A DNA stretch of 64,000 nucleotides from an uncultured Flavobacteriaceae bacterium (lineage in GTDB: Bacteria; Bacteroidota; Bacteroidia; Flavobacteriales; Flavobacteriaceae). Position 1 is the first letter of the stretch, and the number at the start of each line of letters is the position of its first letter. Below are positions 21,201 through 33,589 of the stretch, piece after piece. The stretch lies in NCBI GenBank assembly GCA_963744855.1, contig CAVUUZ010000001.1, forward strand, positions 65,179 through 129,178. Direction: 5' to 3'. Under the pieces are notes generated by a model, which searched no databases, was not told the origin of the DNA, and saw only the letters and a list, made by a program, of their open reading frames with translations. Position numbers and translations under genes: made by a program.

Positions 21201-22745
21201 TCAGGGAGGGATTGCCATTCCTTATTTAAATGTGGATTATGCATTTTGGGCCCAATTCTGCGATCAGGCTTTATAATCAAACCTTCGATTTTCAAAATTT
21301 TCAGTTAACCGATATTACCATGAACACCAATGCTTCCCTGGATGGCACCATCAAGCATCAGTTTTGGGATGACTGGAGCCTGGACCTGAATGTTAATACC
21401 AATAACAATCGCTTTTTAATATTAAATACACCTTTCGAAGAAGAGATCTTGTACTACGGTACGGGGTATCTGAATGGTAAGGGAAGGATCTTTGGACCCA
21501 CCAGGGCGCTGACCATCAAGGTAGAAGGGGAGACCGCGCCCGGTACTACCTTAAAGATACCCCTTAGTGATGTAGCCGTGGTTGGGGATTACTCTTTTAT
21601 CAAGTTTATTGAGAGAAAAGACCAGCAAACCTTTGAGGTAGAAAGAACGCTGAAAGATTATGAGGGATTAGAGCTCAACTTCGATCTGGATGTTACTCCG
21701 GATGCAGAAGTAGAGATCGTTGTGGATCAAAAGACAGGAAGTTCTCTTAAAGGTACAGGAGCGGGAATCCTTCTTATTGAGATCAATACGAATGGTAAGT
21801 TTAATATGTTTGGTGATTTTGTGGTGGTCACCGGCACCTATAACTACCGATTTGGAGGGGTGATCGACAAATCATTTTCCGTAAAACCCGGAGGTAGCAT
21901 TGTCTGGGATGATGGCGATCCACTAGCGGCCCAACTCAATATGGAAGCAGTCTACTCCCTCAATGCAAATCCGGCGCCTTTATTGGATAACTCAGGGGTC
22001 ACGCGAAGAATTCCAACGGATGTAATTGTGCAGCTTACAGGAGAGTTAGAACGACCTGACGATCGATTTTAATATTGAATTCCCGGGCACAAGTTCCATA
22101 GTGAAGTCAGAATTAGAATATAAACTTCAGGATCCAACGGTAGAGGAGCGAAACGCATTCTTCCTCCTGGCTCAGGGGACTTTTGTAGATGAGAGCAGTG
22201 GGTTGAATCAACAAGCAGTAACAGGAAATTTAATTCAGACAGCGTCTGGCCTGGTTAATTCATTATTGAGTGGAAGTAATGATAATTTTGATTTTGGTTT
22301 TTCACTGGAACAGGGAACCCGGGATCCCAGTCAGGTCCAAACTGAAAACCGATTAGGGGTAACAGTTTCCACCAGAATCAGTGACAGGGTCTTGTTTAAT
22401 GGCCGGTTTGGAGTTCCGGTTGGAGGAGTAAGTGAAACGGTTGTGGCGGGGGATGTTGAGGTTCAGGTACTACTCAATGAGGAAGGCACCCTACGGGCCA
22501 AGATCTTTAATCGGGAAAATGAGATCCAGCAATTCCTGGCTGATCAAACCGGGTATACTCAGGGGATCGGACTTTCTTACGAAGTGGATTTCAGTACCTT
22601 CAACGAGTTACTAAAAAAAGTATTCAATCCAGAGAATGAGGAAGATTCCACATCTTCAAGGCCCAGGAATGTGCGAGCAACCATGGGGAAAGACAGTCTA
22701 GTTAAATTTTATCAAAAACCAAAGACCTTACCTATCAAAGAGTGA
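18268..22745 (+). CDS. tamB: Translocation and assembly module TamB (DUF490), split by two single-base insertions (~21245, ~22058)
   Basis: N-terminal TM anchor, long beta-taco region and C-terminal DUF490-like segment (GGSIVW.GDP..A.LN; GYTQGIGLSY). Three consecutive ORFs join when one base is removed at each junction. Start uncertain (ATC 18268 vs TTG 18313). Confidence 0.85.
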
Positions 22746-22869
22746 CTTCTCAATTAGGAAATTCGCAATTTTACCCCAGATTTTCTAAACTTACCAAAAC
22801 TATATCGTTGTAGATGATATTAAGCTGGAATTAAGGACCCAGGATCACCCCGATTTCATAATTGTTTCC

Positions 22870-22877
22870 TATTTTTG
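22870..22877 (+). promoter_or_regulatory. Bacteroidota -7 element (TATTTTTG) for pfkA-gap
   Basis: TAnnTTTG match 17 nt upstream of the ATG at 22895. Confidence 0.5.
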
Positions 22878-22894
22878 ATCTTCGAAATTTTTTA

Positions 22895-23884
22895 ATGGAG
22901 ACAAAAATTCAGAAAATAGCTGTTTTTACTTCCGGAGGAGATGCCCCCGGAATGAACGCTGCAATTCGTGCCGTTGTTCGTACCTGCGCCTTTATGAAAA
23001 TAGATTGCGTAGGGATATACCGGGGCTATGAAGGAATGATCGAAGGAGACTTTCTTCCCATGAATGCCAGAAGTGTAAATAATATTATCAACAAGGGAGG
23101 TACCATTTTGAAATCCGCCCGTTGTGATGCCTTTAGAACAAAAGAAGGCAGACAAAAAGCCTATGATCAACTAAAGTCTGAAGGAGTAGATGCCTTGGTG
23201 GTTATTGGCGGGGATGGAAGTTTTACAGGAGCCCTATTATTCAATGAAGAATTCAACATTCCATTAATTGGAATTCCCGGCACCATAGACAATGATATCT
23301 TTGGAACACGTTATACTTTAGGATTTGATACGGCCATTAATACGGCCATGGAAGTCATCGATAAGATCAGAGATACCGCAAGCTCTCACCACCGCCTTTT
23401 CTTTGTTGAGGTGATGGGAAGAGATGTGGGACACATTGCGCTTAATGCAGGAGTAGGAGCAGGTGCAGAAGAGATCCTGATCCCTGAGGAAAATCTTGGG
23501 TTGGAACGCTTGCTCGATTCCCTTAAGAAAAGTAAACTTACCGGGAAATCTTCCAGTATAGTGGTTGTGGCAGAAGGGGATAATACCTCTGGAAAAAATG
23601 TATTCCAGTTAAAGGAATATGTTGAGGAGCATCTTCCGATCTATGATGTGCGCGTATGCGTATTGGGACATATGCAAAGAGGAGGGTCGCCAAGTTGTTT
23701 TGACCGTGTTCTGGCCAGCAGAATGGGCGTGAAGGCCGTAGAAGCCTTATTGGAAGGCAAAACAAACCTCATGGCAGGAATCCTGGACGATCAAATAGCC
23801 TTTACTCCAATCAATGAGGCAATCAAAGGAAAAACAAAAATCGATAAGGAACTCATAAGAGTGTCCGATATCATGAGTACTTAA
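22895..23884 (+). CDS. pfkA: 6-phosphofructokinase
   Basis: TSGGDAPGMNAAIR, GGDGS, PGTIDND, EVMGR, LGHMQRGG. Confidence 0.97.
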   Translation: METKIQKIAVFTSGGDAPGMNAAIRAVVRTCAFMKIDCVGIYRGYEGMIEGDFLPMNARSVNNIINKGGTILKSARCDAFRTKEGRQKAYDQLKSEGVDALVVIGGDGSFTGALLFNEEFNIPLIGIPGTIDNDIFGTRYTLGFDTAINTAMEVIDKIRDTASSHHRLFFVEVMGRDVGHIALNAGVGAGAEEILIPEENLGLERLLDSLKKSKLTGKSSSIVVVAEGDNTSGKNVFQLKEYVEEHLPIYDVRVCVLGHMQRGGSPSCFDRVLASRMGVKAVEALLEGKTNLMAGILDDQIAFTPINEAIKGKTKIDKELIRVSDIMST

Positions 23885-23893
23885 TATAAATAA

Positions 23894-24901
<1,008 letters not shown>

Positions 24902-24922
24902 TGAAATTTAGGACTAACAACT

Positions 24923-24970
24923 AAATCCTTGAGATAAGTAAAATTTGCTTATTTTAAGGATTTCTTTTTT
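24923..24970 (+). terminator. Intrinsic terminator after gap
   Basis: 17-bp stem including G-U pairs (24923-24939 / 24947-24963) followed by CTTTTTT. Confidence 0.75.
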
Positions 24971-24982
24971 AAGCGTATTCAT

Positions 24983-25834
24983 ATGATTTTAATAGTAGAT
25001 AGTGGAGCTACCAAGGCCGATTGGATCGCTCTTGACGAAAAAGGCGAAGAGGTCTTTATGACCCAAACCCTGGGATTGAGCCCTGAAGTGCTCACCAGAG
25101 AGGTAATAGAAGACCGTCTCGCTAACAATTTTGAACTCTCCAAGAATAGAGATAAGGTAAAACGCCTCTATTTCTATGGTGCCGGTTGTGGAACGAACCG
25201 AATGAAAAAGTTCTTAAAAAATATTTTTAAATCCTTTTTTAAAAATGCAAAGACCGAGGTAAAAGAAGACACCTATGCTGCCATTTACTCTACTACCAAA
25301 ATTGGGCATCACGGAATCGTTTGTATTTTGGGCACAGGATCTAATTGCAGCTATTACGACGGGCACCAGCTTTTTCAAAAAGTGATCTCCTTAGGGTATA
25401 TCCCTATGGATGACGGAAGTGGAAATTTCTTTGGGCGGAAATTAATACGGGATTATTATTTTCATAAAATGCCACAGGCACTTGGGCATAAGTTTGCCGG
25501 TGAATACAATTTAGATCCTGATGTAATTAAGGAGAATCTTTATAAACAACCTAATCCGAATACATATTTGGCAACTTTTGCCCGGTTTTTAATTGAGAAC
25601 AAGGATCATCCCTATTGTAAAGGTGTAATAGATAAGGGATTACAACAATTCGTGAATAATTATATCATGCAATTTGAATTGGCCACAAAGGTCCCGGTTC
25701 ATTTTGTAGGGAGTATTGCTTATTTCTTACGCGAGGAATTAAAAGCGGTGCTTGAGCGTAATGATCTGGTAGCCGGGGTTATCAGACAGCGACCCATAGA
25801 TGGCCTGGTAGAATTTCATAAGCAAACTATCTAA
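24983..25834 (+). CDS. BadF/BadG-type N-acetylglucosamine kinase-like ATPase
   Basis: DSGATKADW, FYGAGC, ILGTGSN, LGY..DDGSG, FVGSIA. Confidence 0.85.
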   Translation: MILIVDSGATKADWIALDEKGEEVFMTQTLGLSPEVLTREVIEDRLANNFELSKNRDKVKRLYFYGAGCGTNRMKKFLKNIFKSFFKNAKTEVKEDTYAAIYSTTKIGHHGIVCILGTGSNCSYYDGHQLFQKVISLGYIPMDDGSGNFFGRKLIRDYYFHKMPQALGHKFAGEYNLDPDVIKENLYKQPNPNTYLATFARFLIENKDHPYCKGVIDKGLQQFVNNYIMQFELATKVPVHFVGSIAYFLREELKAVLERNDLVAGVIRQRPIDGLVEFHKQTI

Positions 25835-26213
25835 CAGCGATCATTGAGATCTCTACATTGACGAACTTAGGGAGATTAGCCACCTCTACGGTTTCTCTTG
25901 CCGGTGCCGTTGCCGGATCAAAATAGGCACCGTACACTTCATTAATGCTGGCAAACTGATTCATGTCCTTCACGAAAATAGAGGCTTTCACTACCTGGTC
26001 AAATCCCATACTCGCTTTCAATAAAATGGCCTTCAGATTTTCCATACACTGTTTAGTTTCGGCCTTGATATCTCCTGAAATAAGATCGCCAGTGGCAGGA
26101 TCCATGGGAATCTGCCCGGAAATAAACAGGGTGTTTCCGGCCATAACCGCCTGATTGTAAGGGCCTATAGGGGCCGGTGCTTTTGAGGTGTGAATGATCT
26201 TTCTGCTGCTCAT
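25827..26213 (-). CDS. ridA: RidA/YjgF family enamine deaminase
   Basis: APAPIGPYNQA, SGQIP, PARETVEV..LP...VEI. Confidence 0.92.
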   Translation of the reverse strand: MSSRKIIHTSKAPAPIGPYNQAVMAGNTLFISGQIPMDPATGDLISGDIKAETKQCMENLKAILLKASMGFDQVVKASIFVKDMNQFASINEVYGAYFDPATAPARETVEVANLPKFVNVEISMIAVR

Positions 26214-26239
26214 AATACTAAAATTTATAAAAAGTGTTA

Positions 26240-28948
26240 TTACCTAGGAGGGCGCTGACTTCTGTTCTCCCATTTAAGGTCCTGAAGGATGGAGCTTTTG
26301 ATACCAATAAAAAAGTACCAGCGCTCAAAATCACCAAAAGGGGTCCAGTTAAATCGCATATTAAAACTTTTAAGATCGCGTTCAAAGCGAAATTGGGTAA
26401 CCGTAAACCCCTTGTTCTTTAAATCGTACCCTGATGAAACCCCTACCTTCCAGCGGGGAGACAATTCAATATTCCCTGAAAACATCAGAGAGTGGCTTGA
26501 GAATTCGTTCTGTCGGTTACTATTGCTATAGTTTGCGGCATATTGCAAGTTAAGGTCCCAGGGTATCTTGGTTCCATACCTTGGGTTTTCAATATCGTCC
26601 GGATCCCTGTCCTTAAAACTACTTTCATTAAAGTTATCGGCGGCACCAAAGAGATCATCAGTTCGCCCACCACTTGCTGCTACGTAGTTTTGACCTTTGT
26701 AAGGGTCATCGATGTCCTCTTCCCCTTTACCATCGCTCTCAAAGTCTTTGCTGCTTATCTTATAACTAATATTGGCACGCGCATTCGTTAATCTGAATAA
26801 ACTTCCGCCATTTTTCCTGTTAAACGTATTGATCCGTCTTCCATTATTGTCAATGGCATAGGGATCCAGGCTGGCACCAAAGTTGACAGCCATCTTATTT
26901 TTAAAAATATTGGTGCCACCACTTATACTTACCGGACTTATTTTTAGGGAGTCGGCTTCTAAATTGTACCCGGATGACAGATTAAAGCTATTGAGCAGCT
27001 GAATTTTCTTTGGTTCTGTAGCTGTAGAATCCTTATCTCTCACCTTGGCCTCCAGTGTATTTTGCAATGAAAAGGTCATGGCATTAGATTTTACAAGGCT
27101 TGGAGCTCCGTAAATAGTGTTTTGGAAGCGGGTATATTGTACAACGGCTCCGGTGGTCTCATTCAGATATTCATCATAATACTGCTCAAAAGAAGGGGCG
27201 TACCCATAGCTTACCGAAGGACGCATTACGTGCCTGATGGCCTGAAATTTTTTATCCTCCCCAAAATTAAATGTGCCATACAAGGTTGTTCCTACACTCG
27301 CACTAAAGTTGTACTGGTTATAGCGATCGAATCCGCTAATAGTGTCTCTCACCACGGTCTGAGAATCGGGGTCAAAGCGCTGGCCATAAGTTTCCAGGGT
27401 CCAGACATCTTCATAGTTTCCTCCCATGGTCACACTAAAATGCTTGGCTACCTTAAAATTGGTACTTATGGGAATACGGTGCCTGACGCCCACTTTGGCA
27501 TCATCGAACATTTTAGACGTCAAAAAGTCTTCGTCATTGGTGCGAATACTGTTGCGACCATTAAGATCATATTGAAAATTGATATTCTGTATGGCACCTT
27601 TTTTAATTCCTTCTTTTGATGCAAATGGAAATACCCGTTCCATACTTGCCTGTAAGGTAGGAAGTGTCACATCTACCACATTGGTATTCGTATTTTGGTT
27701 ATGTGTAGCCGTAAGACTCATATTTACCGACGGATAGGCAGGAAATGTTTTAGAATACGAGATAGAGGAAGATAAATTATTTGTCTGCGTAAGAGCGAGG
27801 TTCTGTTGTAACAAAGAATTCCTGAAGTATTGGCTGCTTCCCAGGTTTACGGAGGCTGATAATCTTGAATTTGGATTCGATTTGGGATCCTGCGAATGGG
27901 AGATCTGAATATTATAGATGGTCCCGCGACTGTAGTCATCAAATCCTTTCTGACTGACTATCTGATTTTCATATCTGAAATTGACGTTTCCTCTGTAGCG
28001 ATAGCGTTTTGAGTAGACAGATTGACCCCTAAGTCCGTAACTCCCGTTGGTATAAAGGTCCCCGGTTAAAGTGAGATCAACATAATCATTGAAAGGTATA
28101 TAATACCCTGCATTTTGTAAAAAGTACCCTCTATCCGGATCATTGCCAAATGTAGGCATCATAATTCCGGCACTTCTGCCCACCGTTAAGGGAAAGTAGG
28201 CAAAAGGCAATGCAATGGGCGTTGGTACATCGGCGATGTATAAATTGCTGAATCCTGCAATCACTTTTTTCTTTGGAACAAACTTTGCCTTTCGTACGCG
28301 GATATAGTAGTCGGGATCAATAGTGTCCTTGGAAGTGGTCAGTTTCCCTTCGCTTAGGAAATAAACAGAATCGTTCTCTTTCTTTGTTTTTTCGGCATAT
28401 ACTTTCATCGCGTCGCTTCCCAACTGGCCCAAACCTGCCTGTTGTTCTGTCCTTGAATTCCAAATAACCGCTTTTTGAGTGTCAAAATTAAAGCGAATAG
28501 AATCAGGGATTACAACATTCTCCCCCTGTTTAAAATAAGGAAGCTGGGAATAATTCCCCAGGGAATCCTTAATACGCCCGGCATAAACTTCATTTTTAAT
28601 GTAGTCCATGATGATGACCCCGGCCTTTAATTCGGTATCCTGATAATAGATCTCCGCCTCATTATACAGATATATCTTCTGATCTTTCTGACTTAATTTT
28701 ACATAGTCCTTGGCCTTGTACTGTATATTATCGAGGAGCAAAGCAGTTTTTTTTGGAACAGAATCGGGCGTCACAGAATCTGTCCTAACTGTATCTTTCA
28801 TAAGGGTTGCAGGAAGTGCCGGAGCTTTGATAGAATCTTGTATAGCAGTAATGGGTAAGGGTATTATTTTATTCTCCTGAGCATACACCAAACAGGCCCC
28901 TAAGAAAAACAAACCAATGAAAAGAAAAAGCTGTTTATTTGATTGCAA
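26240..28948 (-). CDS. lptD: Putative LPS-assembly protein LptD (Bacteroidota type)
   Basis: Signal peptide, beta-jellyroll N-part, VPTP..LPFAYFP, GYFLQN.GYY, beta-barrel C-part; conserved divergent position to the amidase. Confidence 0.8.
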   Translation of the reverse strand: MQSNKQLFLFIGLFFLGACLVYAQENKIIPLPITAIQDSIKAPALPATLMKDTVRTDSVTPDSVPKKTALLLDNIQYKAKDYVKLSQKDQKIYLYNEAEIYYQDTELKAGVIIMDYIKNEVYAGRIKDSLGNYSQLPYFKQGENVVIPDSIRFNFDTQKAVIWNSRTEQQAGLGQLGSDAMKVYAEKTKKENDSVYFLSEGKLTTSKDTIDPDYYIRVRKAKFVPKKKVIAGFSNLYIADVPTPIALPFAYFPLTVGRSAGIMMPTFGNDPDRGYFLQNAGYYIPFNDYVDLTLTGDLYTNGSYGLRGQSVYSKRYRYRGNVNFRYENQIVSQKGFDDYSRGTIYNIQISHSQDPKSNPNSRLSASVNLGSSQYFRNSLLQQNLALTQTNNLSSSISYSKTFPAYPSVNMSLTATHNQNTNTNVVDVTLPTLQASMERVFPFASKEGIKKGAIQNINFQYDLNGRNSIRTNDEDFLTSKMFDDAKVGVRHRIPISTNFKVAKHFSVTMGGNYEDVWTLETYGQRFDPDSQTVVRDTISGFDRYNQYNFSASVGTTLYGTFNFGEDKKFQAIRHVMRPSVSYGYAPSFEQYYDEYLNETTGAVVQYTRFQNTIYGAPSLVKSNAMTFSLQNTLEAKVRDKDSTATEPKKIQLLNSFNLSSGYNLEADSLKISPVSISGGTNIFKNKMAVNFGASLDPYAIDNNGRRINTFNRKNGGSLFRLTNARANISYKISSKDFESDGKGEEDIDDPYKGQNYVAASGGRTDDLFGAADNFNESSFKDRDPDDIENPRYGTKIPWDLNLQYAANYSNSNRQNEFSSHSLMFSGNIELSPRWKVGVSSGYDLKNKGFTVTQFRFERDLKSFNMRFNWTPFGDFERWYFFIGIKSSILQDLKWENRSQRPPR

Positions 28949-28994
28949 AGCTATATATCCTATTTTTGTAATGATATGGCTTGATTTTTGAAAT

Positions 28995-29002
28995 CAAACT
29001 TA
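28995..29002 (-). promoter_or_regulatory. Bacteroidota -7 element (TAAGTTTG) for lptD
   Basis: Exact TAnnTTTG about 46 nt upstream of the lptD TTG start. Confidence 0.5.
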
Positions 29003-29078
29003 CATATATTTTTTTTCTGCCCGTTGCAGATTAGAATAATTTTAATCCGAGTACAGGAAGTAAAATTCCTCACAAACC

Positions 29079-30359
29079 ATGAACAAAAACATTCTTTTCA
29101 TATACTTCGTCATTTTTTTATTTATTGGACATCTCTCCATGGCCAACCCGGCTCCGGAAGATCGTGGAAATGATGGTTTTGTAGTAGTCTTGGATGCTGG
29201 TCATGGCGGACATGATCCCGGCAATTTGGGCAATGGGTATATGGAAAAGAATATTGCCCTTAACATCGTTCTGAAAGTTGGAGAAATCTTAAAAAAAACG
29301 CCGGGTGTCAAAGTTATCTATACCCGGGATGATGATTCATTTGTGGACCTTTTTGTGAGAGGGGAAATTGCAAATAAGGCAGGTGCCGATCTTTTTGTCT
29401 CTGTCCATTGCGATTCTCACACCTCCAATGCACATGGGGCCGGGACGTTTGTCCTCGGTTTACACGCTAATAAGCAGAATTTTGAGATCGCTAAAAAAGA
29501 AAACTCGGTGATCTATCTGGAGGATAACTATGAGGCGCGGTATGCTAATTATGACATTAATTCTCCTGAATCCGTTATAGGACTCACCATTATGCAGGAG
29601 GAGTTCTTAGATCAGAGCATACTGTTGGCAAAGCTTATTCAGGAAAATTTCACTTCGAGTTTAAAACGAAACGATCGCAAGGTAAAACAAGCTGGTTTTA
29701 TAGTTTTACATCAAACTTTTATGCCAAGTGTTTTAATTGAAACAGGATTCCTTACAAATAAAGACGAAGGCAGGTATTTGAATTCGGGTAAAGGTCAGCT
29801 TGAAATCGGTAGTGCCATTGCAAAAGCGATCATCAATTACAAGAATAGCATCCCTGATGCGGATACAGTGATCTCGAATGAAACGGCAAACAAAGCGGCA
29901 GAAGAAGTAAAACAAGCAGAAGAAGTAAAAAAAGAAGTAAAAAATCCGGATCCGGACATTCAAAAGGAAGTAAAGCTCCCGATTGCGAAGGAGATGGTTG
30001 AAAGTACGGAGTCTGTTTCTTCTGTTCCAAAAGAAAAAGCGGTAGAAGCAAAGATTGAGAAGGACGAAAAAACTAAAGAGCAGGTCGCTAAGGCCGGAAT
30101 TATATTCAAAGTGCAGCTTATGGCGACTACCAAGGATCTTACTTCTAATTCGTCAGAATTCAAGGGATTGAATAAGATCTCAAAAGAACCAATAAAAAAT
30201 TTATTCCGCTATCTCTATGGGGAGACAGACACCTATAAAGGTGCAAAACTTTTAAAATCTAATGCAGATAAGAAAGGATTTACGACCTCCTATATTGTGG
30301 CTTATAAGGAGGGTATGCGCATACCTTTGCAAGATGCTTTAAAATACGAAGATGATTAA
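29079..30359 (+). CDS. N-acetylmuramoyl-L-alanine amidase (Amidase_3)
   Basis: LDAGHGGHDPG, EKNIAL, FVSVHC, PSVLIETGF. Confidence 0.93.
   Translation: MNKNILFIYFVIFLFIGHLSMANPAPEDRGNDGFVVVLDAGHGGHDPGNLGNGYMEKNIALNIVLKVGEILKKTPGVKVIYTRDDDSFVDLFVRGEIANKAGADLFVSVHCDSHTSNAHGAGTFVLGLHANKQNFEIAKKENSVIYLEDNYEARYANYDINSPESVIGLTIMQEEFLDQSILLAKLIQENFTSSLKRNDRKVKQAGFIVLHQTFMPSVLIETGFLTNKDEGRYLNSGKGQLEIGSAIAKAIINYKNSIPDADTVISNETANKAAEEVKQAEEVKKEVKNPDPDIQKEVKLPIAKEMVESTESVSSVPKEKAVEAKIEKDEKTKEQVAKAGIIFKVQLMATTKDLTSNSSEFKGLNKISKEPIKNLFRYLYGETDTYKGAKLLKSNADKKGFTTSYIVAYKEGMRIPLQDALKYEDD
29898..29942 (+). repeat. In-frame 18-bp tandem repeat in the amidase linker
   Basis: GCAGAAGAAGTAAAACAA / GCAGAAGAAGTAAAAAAA / GAAGTAAAA encoding AEEVKQ-AEEVKK-EVK. 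Confidence 0.7.
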
Positions 30360-30383
30360 TGAACGGCCTTCCGATTTTATTTC

Positions 30384-30391
30384 TAATTTTG
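30384..30391 (+). promoter_or_regulatory. Bacteroidota -7 element (TAATTTTG) for mlaD
   Basis: Exact TAnnTTTG about 22 nt upstream of the TTG start. Confidence 0.5.
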
Positions 30392-30413
30392 TTTGTAACC
30401 AAAAAACTAGATA

Positions 30414-31379
30414 TTGAAACTATCACGGGAAATTAAGACTGGTATCATTGTGATTGGGGGCATCCTCCTTTTTATTTTAGGGTTCAGTTACTTAAAATCC
30501 ACGCCCCTTTTTGATGACAGTAAAACTTTTTATGCCGTCTATCAGCATGTTGGGGGCTTACAGACTGGCACCCAGGTGTCTATTAATGGTTTTAGTGTAG
30601 GGAAAGTAAACGATGTTCAGTTCAAGGATGATAGCGGCTATCTCATAGTTACATTTTCAGTTTCCAGCAGTTTTGAATTTTCAAGGAACAGCAAGGCCGA
30701 ATTATACGATACGGGGATCATTGGGGGCAAAGGAATTCAGATAAAGCCGGTTTTTGATGGGGCACCAAAAGCGCAGTCGGGGGATACGCTACAAAGTAAT
30801 ACCCGTCCGGGATTAACGGAATTGGTACAGCAAAAGCTTACACCGCTGCAACTGAAGGTGGAGGGGGCAGTTTCCAACGCGGATTCTCTATTTATGAATG
30901 TCAATGATGTATTGGATGATCAAACAAAAAGTAGCCTTCGCCAAAGCATACAGGGCCTAACTTCGGTAGTTGAGAGTTTTCAAAAAAGCTCAGCCACCCT
31001 CAATGAGCTGTTAGACACCAATAAAATGCATATTGACAGTTCTTTGAGTAATATCAATACGCTTACCAGCAATTTTGCCAGGTTCTCAGATTCCATCGCA
31101 GCAACCAATTTAAGCGCTACCATAAAGAATTTAGAATCTACCATCAAGAACCTGGACGCACTTCTTGGGAAGATGGAGAAAGGAGAAGGTACGCTCGGAA
31201 AACTGATGAATAATGAAGAATTGTACGACAACCTCACTGAAGCGTCTAAAGAATTAGATCTTTTGCTTCAGGATTTCCGACTAAATCCAAAAAGGTATGT
31301 GAATGTCTCCGTTTTCGGCAAGAAGCAGATAGAGTATTCGTTACCTCAAAACGATCCGGCACTTAATAATCAGCAGTAA
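30414..31379 (+). CDS. MlaD/MCE family protein
   Basis: N-terminal TM, GL..GTQV.INGFSVGKV MCE domain, helical C-part, NPKRYV. Confidence 0.9.
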   Translation: MKLSREIKTGIIVIGGILLFILGFSYLKSTPLFDDSKTFYAVYQHVGGLQTGTQVSINGFSVGKVNDVQFKDDSGYLIVTFSVSSSFEFSRNSKAELYDTGIIGGKGIQIKPVFDGAPKAQSGDTLQSNTRPGLTELVQQKLTPLQLKVEGAVSNADSLFMNVNDVLDDQTKSSLRQSIQGLTSVVESFQKSSATLNELLDTNKMHIDSSLSNINTLTSNFARFSDSIAATNLSATIKNLESTIKNLDALLGKMEKGEGTLGKLMNNEELYDNLTEASKELDLLLQDFRLNPKRYVNVSVFGKKQIEYSLPQNDPALNNQQ

Positions 31380-31382
31380 TTA

Positions 31383-32713
31383 ATGGAATACCTTCCAAAC
31401 ATCATTTTTGCTTTACTTCTGGCCCTTGGGATAGGCTTTTTCGCCAGAAATGTAAGAAAACTTCGAAGAAATATACTCCTGGGTAAGGATACAGATCGCT
31501 CTGATAATAAGTCTCAGCGATGGACCAATATGGCGAAAATTGCCATGGGGCAGTCCAAAATGGTTGTTCGGCCCATTGCGGGCATGATGCATGTTATTGT
31601 ATATGTTGGCTTTATAATCATCAATATTGAGGTATTGGAGATCATTATTGATGGCTTACTCGGAACACATCGAATTTTTGCCCCTCTCGGGATATTTTAT
31701 GATTTTTTGATCGCCTCTTTTGAGATTCTGGCTTTTCTGGTGATCCTGGCGGTAGTAGTATTTTGGATACGAAGGAATGTATTAAAGTTGTCAAGATTTT
31801 TAAAACCTGAAATGAAAGGATGGCCAAAAAGTGACGCCAACTGGATCCTTTATATTGAGGTGATCCTTATGGGCCTGTTTCTGACCATGAATGCGGCAGA
31901 CTATCAGTTACAGCAATTAGGGGATGCCCATTACCAAATGGCGGGATCTTTTCCGGTGAGTCAGTTTATTACTCCATTATTCGAGAGGAATGTCTGCCAG
32001 CACCGTTATTTTGATCGAAAGAACAGCCTGGTGGTTGCATATTGGAGGGATCTTATTTTTCCTTAACTATCTGTATTATTCCAAGCATCTTCATATTTTA
32101 TTGGCATTTCCCAATACCTATTATGGAAATTTAAAGCCTCAGGGACAATTTGCGAACCTGCAAGCCGTAACCAATGAGGTGAAACTAATGATGGATCCGA
32201 GTGCAGATCCTTATGCGGCTCCTGCAGAAGATGCCGCACCACCCGATAAATTTGGTGCTTCGGATGTACAAGACCTTCAATGGGTACAATTATTAAATGC
32301 CTATACCTGTACTGAATGTGGTCGGTGTACGAGCGAGTGTCCGGCAAACCAGACGGGCAAGAAATTATCGCCGAGGAAGATCATGATGGATACCCGGGAT
32401 CGACTGGAAGAAGTTGGTCGGAATATTGATCAGAATGGCGGAAAATTCATTGATGACGGGAAGCAATTGCTCGATGATTATATTAGTCAGGGAAGAACTA
32501 TGGGCATGTACTTCCTGCAATGCATGTGTTGAGGCCTGTCCGGTGAGTATAGATCCATTGTCCATTATTATGGATATGCGGCAATACCTTGTTATGGAAC
32601 AGTCGGCCGCGCCAGCAGAACTAAATGCCATGATGGGGAATATAGAAAATAACGGCGCGCCCTGGCCTTTTAATCAAATGGACCGACTCAACTGGGCGAA
32701 AGAATCGTCCTAA
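31383..32713 (+). CDS. Membrane-bound (Fe-S)-binding oxidoreductase (FadF/GlpC-like N-part), two frameshifts (~31985, ~32488)
   Basis: TM helices, then SKHLHI, CTECGRCTSECP and CTSCNACVEACP 4Fe-4S motifs spread over three overlapping frames. Confidence 0.85.
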
Positions 32714-32738
32714 AGACTAACGAATAAGAGAAAGTAAG

Positions 32739-33518
32739 ATGAATGTACCGACAATGGCATCGCTTTTTGCGGAAGGAAAACAACCTGAGATATTGTTTTG
32801 GGTGGGATGTGCCGGTAGTTTTGATGATAGAGCAAAAAAGATCACCAAGGCCTTTGTGAAACTACTGAACAATGCCGGAGTATCTTTTGCCGTATTGGGA
32901 ACGGAAGAAAGTTGTTCGGGTGATCCCGCAAAAAGGGCCGGAAACGAATTTTTATTTCAAATGCAGGCAATGACCAACATAGAGGTTATGAATGGTTATG
33001 GCATTAAAAAGGTGGTCACTGCCTGTCCACATTGTTTCAATACCTTAAAAAATGAATATCCGGGATTGGGTGGAAGCTATGATGTTGTGCACCATACCCA
33101 GTTCTTAATGGAGTTGGTGGAGGAAGGGAAGATCAGCTTAGAGGGCGGCACCTACAAAGGCAAGCGCATTACCTATCATGACCCCTGTTATTTGGGAAGG
33201 GCCAATAATGTTTATGAAGCACCCAGGGAACTCATTAAAAAGCTAGATGCCGAATTGGTAGAGATGAAAAATTGCAAGTCGAGAGGCTTGTGTTGTGGTG
33301 CCGGTGGTGCCCAGATGTTTAAGGATGCCGAAAAAGGCGACAAGGAGGTAAATATTGAACGCACCGAACAAGCCATGGAAACCAGGCCGGAGATCATTGC
33401 TGCTGCCTGTCCTTTCTGTAATACTATGATGACAGACGGAGTGAAGAATAAAGAAAAAGAAGCTACCGTAGCGGTGATGGATATCGCTGAACTTCTGGCA
33501 AATACACAAGATCTTTGA
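32739..33518 (+). CDS. CCG-domain (Fe-S)-binding protein
   Basis: FWVGC, ESCSGD, TACPHC, YHDPCYLGR, CCGAGG, CPFC. Confidence 0.9.
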   Translation: MNVPTMASLFAEGKQPEILFWVGCAGSFDDRAKKITKAFVKLLNNAGVSFAVLGTEESCSGDPAKRAGNEFLFQMQAMTNIEVMNGYGIKKVVTACPHCFNTLKNEYPGLGGSYDVVHHTQFLMELVEEGKISLEGGTYKGKRITYHDPCYLGRANNVYEAPRELIKKLDAELVEMKNCKSRGLCCGAGGAQMFKDAEKGDKEVNIERTEQAMETRPEIIAAACPFCNTMMTDGVKNKEKEATVAVMDIAELLANTQDL

Positions 33519-33589
33519 TATTTATTTTGGAATGATTTTAGTGAAGAAAGAAGGTGAAAGAATGTTTAAAATGAATCTAAGAAAAAGAA